Origin: Anthoceros angustus
Lineage: Eukaryota; Plantae; Anthocerotophyta
DNA: 64,000 nt
Assembly (NCBI GenBank): GCA_010909165.1
Contig: MU008170.1
Location: forward strand, 1,550,001-1,614,000
Direction of reading: 5' to 3'
Positions 11,411 through 24,829 of the stretch are shown here, one piece after another. Numbering within the stretch: the first letter of the stretch is position 1; every line of letters begins with the position of its first letter. Position numbers and translations under genes: made by a program. The notes below the pieces were generated by a model. The model saw only the letters and a list, made by a program, of their open reading frames with translations, made no database searches and was not told the origin of the DNA.

Positions 11411-13399
11411 GGAGGCTTGAACCTCCTCCCCATCCACCATTGCCCTTTTACTTTTGCCCTTTGAAATACCACGTTTTACTTGGTAGTTACCACCGATACG
11501 CCTTCAATACGACCACATACAAATACATGTATCAATACATCATTGTACTATATGCATGTAGTCTACAGTGATAAATGTAATGTATTATTCTAAGTGCTAC
11601 GGGTATTCAATTTCATATAAAATAAGTTTGTATATTACATTACATAATACCGTGCATACATATTCATGGTACGATACTTTGTATTTACTATACGTGTAAA
11701 TAGCGACGGCCCTTTATACCCCTACTTTATAGCATCGGCTTGCGGTTTGTCCTTCCACGTCAACAATAGCCATCGGCTTCGCCATGGCGCCCAAGAAGAT
11801 ATTGTCCCCACCTATCACCTTATTGTGACGCATCACATGAGGTTATGCCCTACAAGATTGTCTTTGTGCGGAGGAGATTTGGTATGCTGGCTTATGCTTT
11901 TACGCCTCCATGTAAGGCACTTCCTACTCGTCATCGTATGCACCTCAGAAACTTCCGCCCTCCGTTCGATTCGCAATTTTCTTCTTCTTCCCCTCACTTG
12001 CGTTGGCGAGGCAAGCTTTGCCACTTCCTCCGCTTCCCTCCACCTTCTGCAGCACATTGCACATACAAACCAGCATGGCGTCATGAGTTATCCAGTTAAT
12101 GGGTTTCCACAGCAAGCTGTCCATTTGCCTTACCTTCCCTCCAGTCCCTCCTCTTTTCTTCTGCCCTTCTTGCTGGACATTTTCCTCTTCCGTCCTCCTT
12201 CTTCCGGCTGTCGCAGGCCGTGCCCTTGTCACTTGCCCACCGCCGGCTGCCTCCTCTACTCCTCCTCCCGTTTTCCTCTTTCGGCCTCCACCCTTTATCA
12301 CAGGTGGCGTTGCCTCAACTGGGGCTCCACTATGCAGGTCCATGCTCTCAGCATCCGAGGCTGCAAGGTATGTGTCTGGCACGAAATTAGGCACATCGTC
12401 CTCTTGACTGCCTCCTCTGCGTCCATGTTCTCTCTCTGCGTCCCCCACGTCTGTCCCCCGGCCTCCATGCATTGGCCTTTTGCGATATCAAGCGCACATG
12501 TTGCCCTCTTAGTCCTCCTTCATTCTCTCTCCCCTCGACATCCGCCTCATGTTCGTTCGCCTTTTGCCCGACCATGGCTGCCTGGGGTGATCCACTCTTG
12601 TCGTCCTCCGCCACCCGCTCCTCCTAGTCCCCCTGCGATTTTTTGGCTGTCCATAGTGCACACAAGTGTGTTTCTTCCTGGTGACGGTTCAGTTGGCCCC
12701 CTCCGTGCTCCACCACCCGACTCACGCCCTCCACACACGTCGTCCTCCCCATCCCGATCCCAGCACCCTCCCATACATGGCCGTCACTGGTCTCGGGCAC
12801 CCTCCACCTCTTTTCCATTATTTGCTTGCTGCCCACGACATGACCCTCGTTGCCTGCCTCCATTGACCCCAATCCCGGGCATGCGGCTTCCACCAACCCT
12901 AGGCGATCGTGGTGTCGCGGGCACCACATATCCACTGCACTCGGTTCCCCTCGCCTCCCTCCCATGCTTCCTCAAGATGCCTCGTCTCCACTTCCCGCTC
13001 CTTGTTCATCGTCGCCTTTCCCCCCATTCAAAGTCCCCTTGTCCCTCGCCCCCGGCCTCCTTCCTCCCAAGCCCCCTTCCTTGATAGCCTCTCGATCGTC
13101 CATGTCACCACCTCGTGCACCATCGTTGCCTCCCCACCCCTTCCTTCCGTCGTCTCAGAAAGGCCACCATATCAGGATCCATCTTCAATTCAATGTCGTT
13201 AAGCAAAATGGTCATTTCCCTTGTTCTCCTTGCAATAGCCTGAACCTCTAGGATCTTTTCATACACTCCCTATCTTACCTGCTGAAGGAACTCAGGCACA
13301 GAACCCCCACTATCGCCCCTTTCACGATTTCCACCCTTTCCCTTCTAGCAATCGCTGCCACCGCCCGTCCCTCGAAAGGTTGCCTCCCCTTGTCTCCAA

Positions 13400-16300
13400 G
13401 CTTGAACGCCTGCCAGCATGCCAGGTGCACATGTGTTACCCGTTTGTCCACCATGCCCACTCATCCGCCGCAAACTTGAGCGTGTGCACACTTGCCGCGT
13501 CACTTGCCGTGCGAGTGCGAAAACCCACCTCATCCAGTAAAAGCTCTTCATCTATTTCCTTCACTTCCTCAGCGTGCTCCAACTCCGCATCCGTCGGGGT
13601 GGGAGGTTCCACGTCTCAAAGTCGTCAAAATCAAGTCGGGTTCGGCACCATGTCGCCCTCGCCTCTTACCTCTCGGGGTCTCGACGAGGAGGCCGCTTCT
13701 TCCATCGCCGATGTCGAATGGAGACCGGGTGCGGTGGATGAGCGAGATAGCCCGAGGCCATTTGGCCCCTCATCCTCCCCACCCGAGATCATGTCGGCGC
13801 CGTCCGACTAGTGTTCGCACTTCATACGTGACTCAGCAAGCTTCACCTCGCCATACTCCCATCCTGACGGTTGTCCACCACCTTCGTGCCATCAAGGCAA
13901 TGGCTTCCTCTCGTGAAAGGTGCGGCCATGAGTCCCGTAATTCAAGGCTGCTATTTTGAAAAGCTTTGTTTGCAAAGGCCCGGGTTGTCATTTACTCCTC
14001 TTGGCGGGACGGTGCACATGCTACTTGCCCATAATCACAACAATTTTCTGACCACAACCTTGACAGACTTGGGAGCAAGTTTCATGTCCCATTGGTTACG
14101 CTGTACGTTACTCATGATGTATTATATTGCCCACATGGCGCACCGCTCTCAATGCGCCCATTACTGCATTTTACCATTAATCATCGTCTTCCACTGACCA
14201 AAGATTGCCTTGTGCATCCAGGAGGGAGGAGACAATAGACTATAGCACTGTGCAAACCAATCACCATACATGATTTATTCCACTTTCAGCACGCGTGACT
14301 CGAGTAGCGTGCGCAGGGTGACTTGTCATGTCGGTCAACGATGGACGGGCACCAAACCATACCCATCCATTCCGCGGACAAGACAGTCATCGAGTTTTAT
14401 TGCGTGACAACATGGGAAGTACAAGTAGTGATCAAGGATGAAGGACTTTCCCATCCCAATGTTTAATTACGGTAAGCATATGTCCCCACATTGTGAGGTA
14501 TAAACCGTCCCACCGCTCACGACATTGCCATGCCCGAGGCAGCAGAGCCAAGGGGACGCCCTCCATACCAGTCCTTGATGGCCGAGGGAGAGCAACCTCC
14601 CATCCATCATCCTCGATGGCCATCGTCATTGGAATTAGCCCTTGTCCTTAATGGCCATCGTCGGTTTCCACCACGAGCAACAATAATGTGCACACGCAAT
14701 GATCCACAAAGCAGACATGTCGGCGGCGGTGGCGGTTTTGACTTATGCGGATTCCACAAACACTTTAGCTGCAGCATGGACTTGTAGGTAGGCGAATAGG
14801 GCCAAAAAGTGTTCACATCCGGCCTCACACAACCCCGCCATACCGTGTGTGGTCACGAACACCATGCCCGCACCATGTGGAAGGAACCACCTCGCCACAG
14901 CAAGTCCCCACGAGGATAGCCACGATGAGCGCTCTCCACGCCATGAGGCGGTGACACCGCCTCCAACCTTTGCAAAGGATCCTTGATGGCCATCAGCAGA
15001 TTTCTAGTTGTGCACCAAGATGGAGACATGAACACACGCCTCGTGGTGCGAACTACCACTCCACGCCCATTTAGGTTTCCGGAAGCTAGCTCCGCATATG
15101 TCAACATGTCCGTCATACATGGCATAAGGTAGCAGGGAGCGCCCAGTGGGCATGTTTCCGGGAAGACAGGCTCGCCGCGAGGATGACCAAGAGAAAGGTA
15201 GTAGCGTGAAGCGAGGGCAAGGTGGTGACATTTAAAGCGGACCACCACCTTCTACTGACCACTTGTGCCCCAGCCACATCGGGTTGCGGATGAGAGGATC
15301 TTGAATTTCAAGCTTCCTTACATGTGACAAACCAAACATGGCGCACCGCTCTCAATCGCCCATTCGCATTTTACCATTAATCATCGTCTTCCCGACCAAA
15401 GATTGCCTTGTGCATCCGGAGGAGGGAGGAGACAATAGACTATAACTGCAAACCAATCACCATACATGATTTATTCCACTTTCAAACCGTAGTGGCGTGC
15501 AAGGGTGACTTGTCATGTCGGTCAGCGGTATGGACGGGCACCAAACCATACCCATCCATTCCAAGCACAAGACGGTCATCGAGTTTTATTGCGTGACAAC
15601 ATGGGAAGTACAAGTAGTGATCAAGGATGAAGGACTTTCCCATCCCAATGTTTAATTACGGTGGCATATGTCCCCACATTGTGAGGTATAAACCGTCCAC
15701 CTCCACGGCCGCCATGCGAGGCGGCAAGAGCCAAGGGACGCCCTCCATAGTCCTTGATGGCGGCGAGAGCAACCTCCCATCCATCATCCTCGATGGCCAT
15801 CGTCATTGTGATTGTGCCCTTCTTAATGGCCATCGTCGGTTTCCACCACGAGCAACAATAATGTGCACACACGCAATGATCCAGCAGACACAGTCGAGCG
15901 GCGGAAGGTGGCGGTTTTGACTTATGCGGATTCCACAAACACTTTAGCTGCAGGCATGGACTTGTAGGTAGGCGAATAGGGCCAAAAAGTGTTCACATCC
16001 GGCCTCACGGTGAACCCCCAGCCATACCGTGTGGTCACGAACACCATGCCCGCACCATGTGGAAGGAACCACCTCGCCACCGAGCAGCAAGTCCCCACGA
16101 GGATAGCCACGATGAGCAGCTCTCCACGCCATGAGGGGCGTGACACCGCCCTCCAACCTTTGCAAAGGATCCTTGATGGCCATCAACGTATTTCTAGTTG
16201 TGAAGATGGAGACATGAACACACGCCTCGTGGTGCGAACTACCACTCCACGCCCATTTAGGTTTCCGGCTAAGCTAGCATACGTCAACATGTCCGTCATA

Positions 16301-16700
16301 CATGGCATAAGGTAGCAGGAGGCCCAGCGGGCATGTTCGTGAAGACAGGCTCGCCGCGCGAGGATGACCAAGAGAAAGGTAGTAGCGTGAAGCGAGGGGC
16401 AAGGTGGTGACATTTAAAGCGGACCACCACCTTCTCGACCTCTTGTGCCACATCGGGTTGCGGATGAGAGGATCTTGAATTTCAAGCTTCCTTACATGTG
16501 ACAAACCAAACATGGCTTTGATGGTCGTCGACCAACATGATTCTGGTAAATGCAATGAGTGTGGTGGCGCAGGCCATAGAGGCCGAATGCGAAGTTTGTT
16601 TTCATGTCTCCTAAGGGCTGGAAATCCTTTGCGGCGGCGACGCCATAGTGACGTCGGCCGTCACCCTAGCATGGTGCCCGGCGTGAATACATTATACGTT
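13400..16700 (-). mobile_element. Degenerate hAT-like (DUF659 / Dimer_Tnp_hAT-type) transposase relic
   Basis: Frameshift-tolerant reading gives motifs in hAT order: FMSP..C.T.NLLM.IKD (C..H..L), FVTTRY (TRF), AIEDDGWEV..AIK...PL..VDG (D..FW), DRHDKSPLHATT (RW..PLHAA) and QWDM..APK..KVVVR.LL..ASSMC (dimerisation domain, ~14100-14000), then an acidic tail. No TIR/TSD pair was confirmed. Confidence 0.5.
14133..16517. repeat. Tandem duplication of a ~1.19-kb unit covering the transposase core
   Basis: catggcgcaccgctctcaat occurs at ~14134 and ~15337, and both units end ...catgtgacaaaccaaacatggc (~15342, ~16517). The copies are collinear with scattered indels. Confidence 0.9.
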
Positions 16701-18579
16701 ACGCCATGTGGCGCATGATTGGTGGAGAGCGGGAGTCTCGACGATGGACATCATTATCTAGGAGAACGGAATTGGCATATATATGGCAAATTCACATACG
16801 GACGGTCCTTCATTCATGGCATAATGAAAGGGGCATTTAGTTTGCTTGAATGGCTCTCACGTGCCACCCACCGTCCTTGCACAATGGTGTAGATGTTGAT
16901 ATAGATTATTCAAAAAAGGAGCAGGCGTCATCGGTTCAAACGACCTTCAGACGTGGCATGTTTTCTTCCATGCCATGAGTTTTCAATTATTCTAATGGCT
17001 TGCACCCACCTTCCTTGGACCATGGTGGAGGGGAGAATTTTATTTGAGAGAAAGGGAACCATTGTCCTTGGTTCATGGCAGGTTGTAAGATGGCCATGAC
17101 CTTGTCATGGCATGGCACTTCCTTGGTCATCGGCCACTCAGAAATCGCATTGCAAACACTTGTCCTTGGGTCACGAAATGGTCATAAAAAACTGGGGACT
17201 ATATATGGCATGCATGGAGGAATGGCATACGTGGACAAGGAAGGTTTCGTGTTTGTGCACTTCTGCACAAACAGTAGCCAGGAAGGTGGCATGGCAAGGC
17301 AAGGAGCCGGTGGCATGGCATGCCACGTAGTCCCCTTCTTGGATGGAAGCACGAAGGATGGTCCTAGCGGCAAGTGAGGTGGGCACGCACGTGAGAATCA
17401 GTTCGGGAAGTGGAGGGTGGATGATCATCGCGGCGTGGGCGGGAGGCGGCGAGAGAGGTGCAGTCGGAGGGGAGCAACTTCCAGCAGAAGTGGAGTCTGC
17501 CAAAGAGGAGGGCGATCTTGGCCGAGAAAGTGGGTGTCTCTATGTGGTGACCACATGGGTACTCGCACCCCCTCGAAAGGAGTTTTGTTTTGTGTTTAAG
17601 TTGTGAGAATCGTGTGGAGTTGGGATGTGAAGTAGGTTAGGAAAAGAAAGAAAAGTCTACTAGAGCCTAGTAGGGAGAAGAGAGTCTAGTCCCGATCCCG
17701 GAACCTTGGAGGGTTGGCTGCTCGGCCGGTTGCTAACGCGGTCGCTAGGGCCGGTGCTAACAGGAACTGTTGCTATGACGACAGACTGGGGAGCCTGTTG
17801 CTATGGTAGCAACCAAGTCGGAGTTATTTTCCGATAAATGGAAAACCTATTTGAGTGAAATCATTGGAAATACCGAGCGAAAGTAAGTCCTATTTCCAGC
17901 GGGGAAGAGGAATATTTGCAGCGGGTGAAGGCGGCGCCACACCTCAAAGCGTGGCCCGTGAGATGGAGAAGCAGCGTCGCGAAATCCAGGCGGTGTGACA
18001 GCGCACTCGAGAGGGCCGAATCGGGTGGGATGGCGGTCAGGCGGATGCGGCGGTGGCGGAGGCGCGGCAGTGTCGGGCAGCGGCAGAAGGAGGCGGCGGC
18101 GGGGAGCGTGGAGGAGCTCGGAGAAGACTAGGCGGGCGGCGCGGGGGCAATGGAAGTAAGCAAGCAGCGGCTGTATTCGCCCCAATGGCGGGTGGGAGTA
18201 ATCGGGCCGTGTAGCTCTGGAAGACTAGGCGGCGGGTATGTGTGCGCAGGGAGCTAAGGAGGCGAGGGCAAGTCGGATGGGCGGCGAAGGAGCCGGTGGC
18301 ATGGCAAGGCAAGGAGCCGGTGGCATGGCATGGCATGGCATGCATGGAGGAATGGCATCGTGGACAAGGAGCAAGACAAGCGCACGGGTCACCGTCTAAC
18401 CTGGGTTGGATACATCCTCAAGCCTCTGCAGGTACACCAGAGCCTCACACAGAGGAGGGGTGGGGGCTGGCGAGCGGGCATGTGTGGCGATCGGAGGATA
18501 GGCAGGGTTTCAATTCGGAGGGTCGGGGTCAAGTCGGGACACGAGCGGGGAAGATAGGGCGTGGGGAATAAATTCGAGT

Positions 18580-20680
18580 CGTGACGCGCTTCCAAGTCTG
18601 GAATGGTCAGGACACCCTTGCCATCGTGAAGTTGGGCGAGGTGTTTCCACAGATCCTCTCAAACAAGCGAGCTAAGCGGAAATTTCGGATGGGAAGTCGA
18701 GGAGGATACGAGCAGTGGGGCGAGAATCTTGAAGTGGGAAGTGCGGTGGTGCATCGCGATAGCCGGGACTCCTTACGAAACTCGGAGCCACGTCACGGTC
18801 GGGAAGCATGGCCCCTAAGAAGACCACTCCGGTGGCCATTGAGGCCATTACCAGCATCAATGGCCCAACATGGGGCACTGGAGAGTGAAGGCGGGGTCTT
18901 TGGTGGCTAAGCATCACTTGTCCTTCATGGACAAAAAGTGGTGCTACAATAGCCCTGCGTTGGTTTGGGAGTGTGCAGGGCACATGAGGGAGAAGGCCAC
19001 AGGGGAAGGCAACACGAGAACCAACCCCCGCAGCTGGAATATTCAGTTGTTCCAGGCTGTCTATGAGAGGCCTGAAGAGGAATGTGGTGGAATAATCATT
19101 GATCCTTTCAGGAAGCCATCTCCCCAAAAGCTGCAGGAGGCACAAGCTGCCATTGCTCCCACATTGTCTAGGGTGGAGAATGGCTGGGTCACCAACAAGT
19201 TAGACCCTGAGCTGGCTGGATTAGCCAAGTGGATCCTGTGCTCTCAGCTCACTAAGAAGCTAGAGCACATTGCTGACCATTTTCTTGTCTTTCTCTATGA
19301 GGTGGTGAGAGGGTCCAAGATAGATTGGGCCAGGATGTTCTATGACACAGCATGCAGGGAGAGGGACCACTTGACCCTACCATCACCCAGTCCCTCAGCT
19401 CCCTCCTTCTTAATCCACGTTTTGACCATGCCAAGTTCTTTGGAGGATAGAGATGGTCTCACCTTCCATGCCCGGAGGCCGGTGTTTGAAAGAAGGAAGC
19501 CCAAAGAGGAGTCGAGGAAGAGGCCATCTCCGGTGCGGGAGTGAAGATGAGAAGTCTGAAGTGTCCATGAAGAGGAATGTGGCAGTTGCTAAGGTATCAG
19601 CCGCGGTTGCTAACAAAGCAACTGGAGTTGCTAAGACTCCAACAGGCACCAAGAGAGGTCGGGCTGAGCAACAGGGGACTCCAACCACTCCTAGAGCCAC
19701 AAGAGCACGCACTGGGAGCTCACCTGGACAGAAGCAGGACAAAGGAAAGGCCAGAGCAGCACCAGTTCCGCAGGAGCCCGTGGCCGGGGAAGCCACAGGT
19801 CAACAGGAGGAATCAGCCCAACCTTTGGGCACGGCCGAGCTGACCCGAGAAAGTCACTACCTGTTCAAGGTGACCCTCAAGTATACCCCGGAAGTGGTGA
19901 GAGTCGATTCGAGATAGGAAGGAGGAACCCATCCCAGTGGGGTTTGGGGCCTAACATCACCCTACAAGAGCTGGTCTCTATGGCACGCACTAGGTGAGAT
20001 GGAGGACCGATAGCTCGTCCTCTCTTTGTTAGGTTTACAGGTAGGGGAAAGGAGAGCTAAAGGAGCTCCAGGGAATGAAGCGAGAAGGAGGTCTTGAGGG
20101 ACGCCTAGGTAGCATGGAAGCGGAATTAAGGAAGGTCCGAGAAGAGTTGCGTGGAAGACCAAGGATCGGGAAACCCTCATGGTTCGCTCTCGGACGCAAA
20201 GCACCATAGGGGAGCCGCAGAATGTCATCTCGGATGCAAGTTCAGCCGAAACGCGGATGCCTCGGGCGCTACAAGAAGGAGAGGGACGAGGCAAGGAAGG
20301 TTGGAAAGAGGCCAAGAGGGCCGGGATTGCAAGGAGAGCCACCGTGGAAGATGCGGAGCCTCCATGGAAGAATCTTGAGTTAGCAACACCGAGGAGGTTG
20401 CTAAGCAAGCAACCCGGGCCGCTAAGGAAACAACAACCACTGCTAAGGGAGCAACAGCTCCAAGACCGAGCTACAACAAGGAAGAAGGGGCAAGACCGGG
20501 AGGAGGACAAGCAGGCCGGGAGCGGTAAGCACCGCCTAAGAAGTCTAACTTCCCAATGGTGCATTAGATTGAGGATGCTTATCAAGATAACCATGTGCCC
20601 GGATTCTCCTTGGCTGGAGAAGATTGTCTCCAAAGTTTATGTTGTTGTGGGCACAGGGGGACATGGAGGTACTTGATCCA
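18580..20680 (+). pseudogene. Retrotransposon accessory ORF relic (plant-transposon-protein / Athila-ORF-like domain, then a basic linker and coiled coil)
   Basis: ORF 18870-19544 contains LAKWILCSQLTKK...FLVFLYEVVRGSKIDWARMFYD, resembling the 'L..I..G..IDW' motif of Ty3/gypsy accessory proteins. Downstream frames are E/K/Q-rich. The family assignment is inference. Confidence 0.45.
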
Positions 20681-21992
20681 TGCCTTGACGGCACCGGATC
20701 CTACCTATGGGTTGGATTCTTAAGGAGGAAACTCTCACCGACCCATCCGATTCAAGAGCTCACCGAGGAGGAGTACTGCAGGACTATGCGGAGAGAGAGG
20801 AGTCCAGCTCGAGGAGGTAGAGATTTTATGGGAGAGATTGCCCAACCAGCCAAGAGGGAGGAGAGCAAGAGGAGAACATGGGGCTAGGCGGCCTAGGAGG
20901 CCCAGGAGAGGTAATAGGGGTAAGTGGCCGAAATAGCTAAAGGCCCATGTGTTATAGGATAAATCTTATCCTCTCTCATAGTGGACAATTGATAGATAGG
21001 CCTCTAGGATTGGTAGGCTAAGACCGATTGGTATTTTTGGCAAGCCGCTTTTGTGGGCTGATCTTGGGTATAAGAGTCAGCCCCCCTTGATGAAATGTAA
21101 GCAATGTTGGCCTAAGTCTCGGTGTTTGGGGCTGAGTACGGGGGTTTGGGAGGGTTCCAGATCCAGTGTTGTAAGCCTAGGCACCGTTCCTCTGCCACAG
21201 GAGAAGACTACCAAGTTGCCCAGATCTGTGTGGCCAGATCCGCAAGAGTGGTGGAAAGCAAGGGAGGGAAGCCTTGTGGACTCCTTGGGGGAAGTCCTCA
21301 AGGTCAAGAGGAAGGGGGTCGGGAAGCCGGGGAGGCTGTCCCTCCTTTACTCATTCTGCAGTTTGTCTAGTACTCACCTTGTGTTTAAGTTTTCAGTGTC
21401 AAGGTCGCAGAGAGAGAAGAAGACAAGGCGGGAGCCGGTGTGTGTGAAGGAAGGTTGAAGTGAGTTGGAGGCACATGGGGCTTGTGTTTGGAAAATGAGA
21501 GGAAAAGTGAGTGAGAGAAGTGGAGAATCGGACATGGAGAGTTGCTGATTGGCTGTTTGAGAGGAGTAAGAAGGACTGGAGAAGTCTGTAAGTGATGTTT
21601 GTGTTGCTGAAGAGAGGCTGAGTGGAGGTTGAAGATCCCGTGAGTGGATGAGAGGAATGATTGTGGGAGGTAGGTGAACAAGTATTTTGAGAGTTGGTGA
21701 AGGCTGTAAGGTCTGGATGAGAACCTTGTAAGGACTGGAGAGGTCTGTGAGCTGAAGTGGAGATTGAATGGGGCGTGAGGTGTGAGAACAAGGAGAGTTG
21801 AAGAGAGTTCTGGGAAACTTGGAGAGTGTGGGAGGATGAGGCACCTCAAGGACTGTGAGTCTGGAGAGGTCTGGAGCTGGAAGGTGAGCTGAAAGGCTGG
21901 GGAGGCAAGGAAGTCAAGAAATGATGCAAGAGTGAGAGGAGGGAAAGTTATGAGCGGTAATCGATTGGTGGATCTAACTTTGTGGATGAGTA

Positions 21993-22016
21993 AGAGAGAG
22001 AGAGAGAGAGAGAGAG
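21993..22016 (+). repeat. (AG)12 microsatellite
   Basis: Read directly from the sequence. Confidence 0.95.
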
Positions 22017-24829
22017 GTCAGCTTATCCACTTGGATCCCGACAGGGACCCACCCCTATTAATAGCCGACTGATCCCAAGGTGGACCCTCCGCTAGAAATA
22101 GAGGGCGGTTGCTAAGTTAGCAACCGGTCTCACCGGGGTGTATCAGTGCGTGGCTAAGATAGCCACAGTCCGAGTGTTGTTAGGTAGTAGCCCGTCTCAA
22201 TCGCTAGATGTTTTGGCGTGTCTGTTGGTTGGATTGGCTATGTTTTGGTTATCTTGACACGAAATCACTCCCTTGGGAACGAATCTCAAGTCTACAACGA
22301 TAAAGAGGGTAAATGTGGCCTCTTTGTGACCACTTGGTTTAGAAAATCACTCCACACTCTAATAGGTGGGGAGCTAACGCTGGAGCTGTTTGCTGCAGGA
22401 GAGAATCCAAAACTTTCAGAGGAGGAATCTGCTAGGGTCGTGACATCAGGAGGGGAGGAGGAATTTGGCGTGAGTCCGGAGAAAGAGGACTGTGGTGATC
22501 GGGAGGAGCATGGTGCGCCCAAGAGGCCGACCGTGGTGGCGAGAGAGGCCATTGGTCTTGTGGACCTTCCGCTCGGTGGCGATGAACAACCCCAACAACG
22601 TGGGAGGAGGATGCTGTGGAGGGACTCGGGAGGAGGATGCTGTGGAGGGACTCGGAGGAGGCACTTGCGGCGGGCCAAGGAACGCGTGCATATGATGGTC
22701 GAGGACGGTGAGGAGAAGGACACCGGCAGAATGATGGGGAAAGCGAGCGGGCGAGATGTGGAGATGGCGGATGATGAGGTGGAGACGGACATACCGACTA
22801 CATTGCCACTACTTCAAATTGGAGAATTGATGGAGCGGTTGGCGGTAAGCCACTAGACGACGTTATTGCCGTGCTGTGCAGGCTGCATGGGCGTGGTGAA
22901 GTGTACATGGGCGTGAGTGGAGGTTGGGTGAGAATGAGGAGTTGACTGGTTGGTGCGACGTGGTGATATGTAGGACGTGAGCTCTAAGTGATGTGTGTGC
23001 ATGACTGCAGGGAAGCTGGGGGTGCCATGCAATACCCAGTTGTGTGTTCTATCGCACCACACTTCCTGCATGGCTCGTGAACTTTCGATAGGATGGGTTC
23101 ATGGATCTTCCCAAGAGTATTTCTGTTGCCCAAGGCTTCGAGCTTTGCCACCTTGCTCAACAATGCTGTAGTCTGGCTCCTGCCGCCTTCTCCTTCTCCA
23201 TGAATAGGCAGCATCATAGGCTTTTCAAACCGTGGTTCTCGTACAGGGCTTTCAGATCTAGATGAATCTCGATCCCGAGAACGACACCTGCTTTTCCCAC
23301 GGTCATGATGTTGCGGCTTAGCAGCTCGGGTACGTGTGGACACCTTGCTCTTCAATATCGCTAGTTCAATTGCTTCATTCAAGCCCTTCTCTTCATCTTC
23401 CATGCGCCTTGTGTACGTAGAATTCATTCCATAGGCCATGGATGAATTTCCTTTTGACCTTCTTGAGCTTCCTTTCTGTGGTGTACCTGAGCTTCTTCAC
23501 TAGCATTTGACTTCTGTCTATATAGTCGGCAATGCTCTCGTGGTTCTACTGGTATAGGTAATCGAGTTGGTCCTTGTAGTCTTTGTGGAAGGATTCGCTC
23601 CTGAATTTTGCAAGAAAGGCAGAACACAAGGCATTCCAGTCAAGGCAAAGGGAATCTTCCAAAGTCTGAAACCATACTTCGACTCTCCTTACAGCGAGGC
23701 AGGTTAGCACTTCAGGTACTTCTTTACACCCATCATGCGGGCTTTCAACATCTTTCAAACCAGCTAGAGGTGCTCATTCTGTCTTCATTTGGGGAGCCAT
23801 ATTACAGAGGTATGATGAAATAGGTCACTATTAGGGCACTCTTCACTAGGGCACCTAGAACTTAATGATTTATTTATTTGGATAGGGCATTAAGTAGTTT
23901 AGGTAGTTTTCTTTAGTTGGTTACTTAAGTGGTTATTTGTTACAACCACTAGGTGGTTATAACCACTTCTAGCCTTCTATATAAGGCATGTACTTTCTAT
24001 CAAATGTAATGCAACACATATTGCTAGAGCTTGTGTATGATTCTCATCATGGTATCGAGCACACTTGCTCTTTGTTTGCTTGTGCATCCTCATGCATCTA
24101 AGTAGCTTATCTAGGAGACACTTTCTAATCTAGCATTTGCCTAGATGGATTGTGTTTATCCTAGAATTGCTATCTTTGCATGCATTTTCTTTATGCTAAC
24201 ATTTCTCTTCTAACAATGCTTTTATGCACTAATTCTTTGTTCTTCCTCCATGGATTGTGTTCCTTAGAAGGAGAAGGCATAGAGTTAAGAAGAGAAGTAG
24301 TCCGCAAGACAACAAGAACAAATTAGGAGCCCAACACATAGAAGCAATAGAAGACAACAAGCTATAGAGGGAGAGATAGTAGAAACCTCCTCTTGTATAG
24401 CAAACTTCATTGCATCTATTTTAATTTCTAAACCGGATCAAGGGAAGTTTATCAAGCTAGCTAGACGTGATTTGCTAGAAGTTTTAGTCCAATTCACGTC
24501 AAGGCATTAGAATTAGCTCTCCAACATATCCCAAATTTGAATCGGTATTAGTACTCCTTTATCTTCTAGTCTCGCAAGACAAAATAGCATAGAAACTCTT
24601 AGATTTCAAGAAATTGATAGTCAATTAGCAACTCTTAGAATCCAATCCTTTGATCTTAAGGGAGAATTATCTGAATTAAGGACAAAATTGTCTATTCTCT
24701 CTAAGGTTGATAATGCGCAGATTTGAGAGCATGCTATCATCATCCGAATCGATTATGATGCAAGAGAAGAGTTTCGTGCAATAGAAGATGAGGTCAGACG
24801 CGAGGCCTAGTCCTCTAAATCACCTACAA

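Noticed and set aside
11666-13084. 472-aa plus-strand ORF
   Set aside because: It is a P/S/L-rich antisense shadow of a purine-rich minus-strand relic, with no domain.
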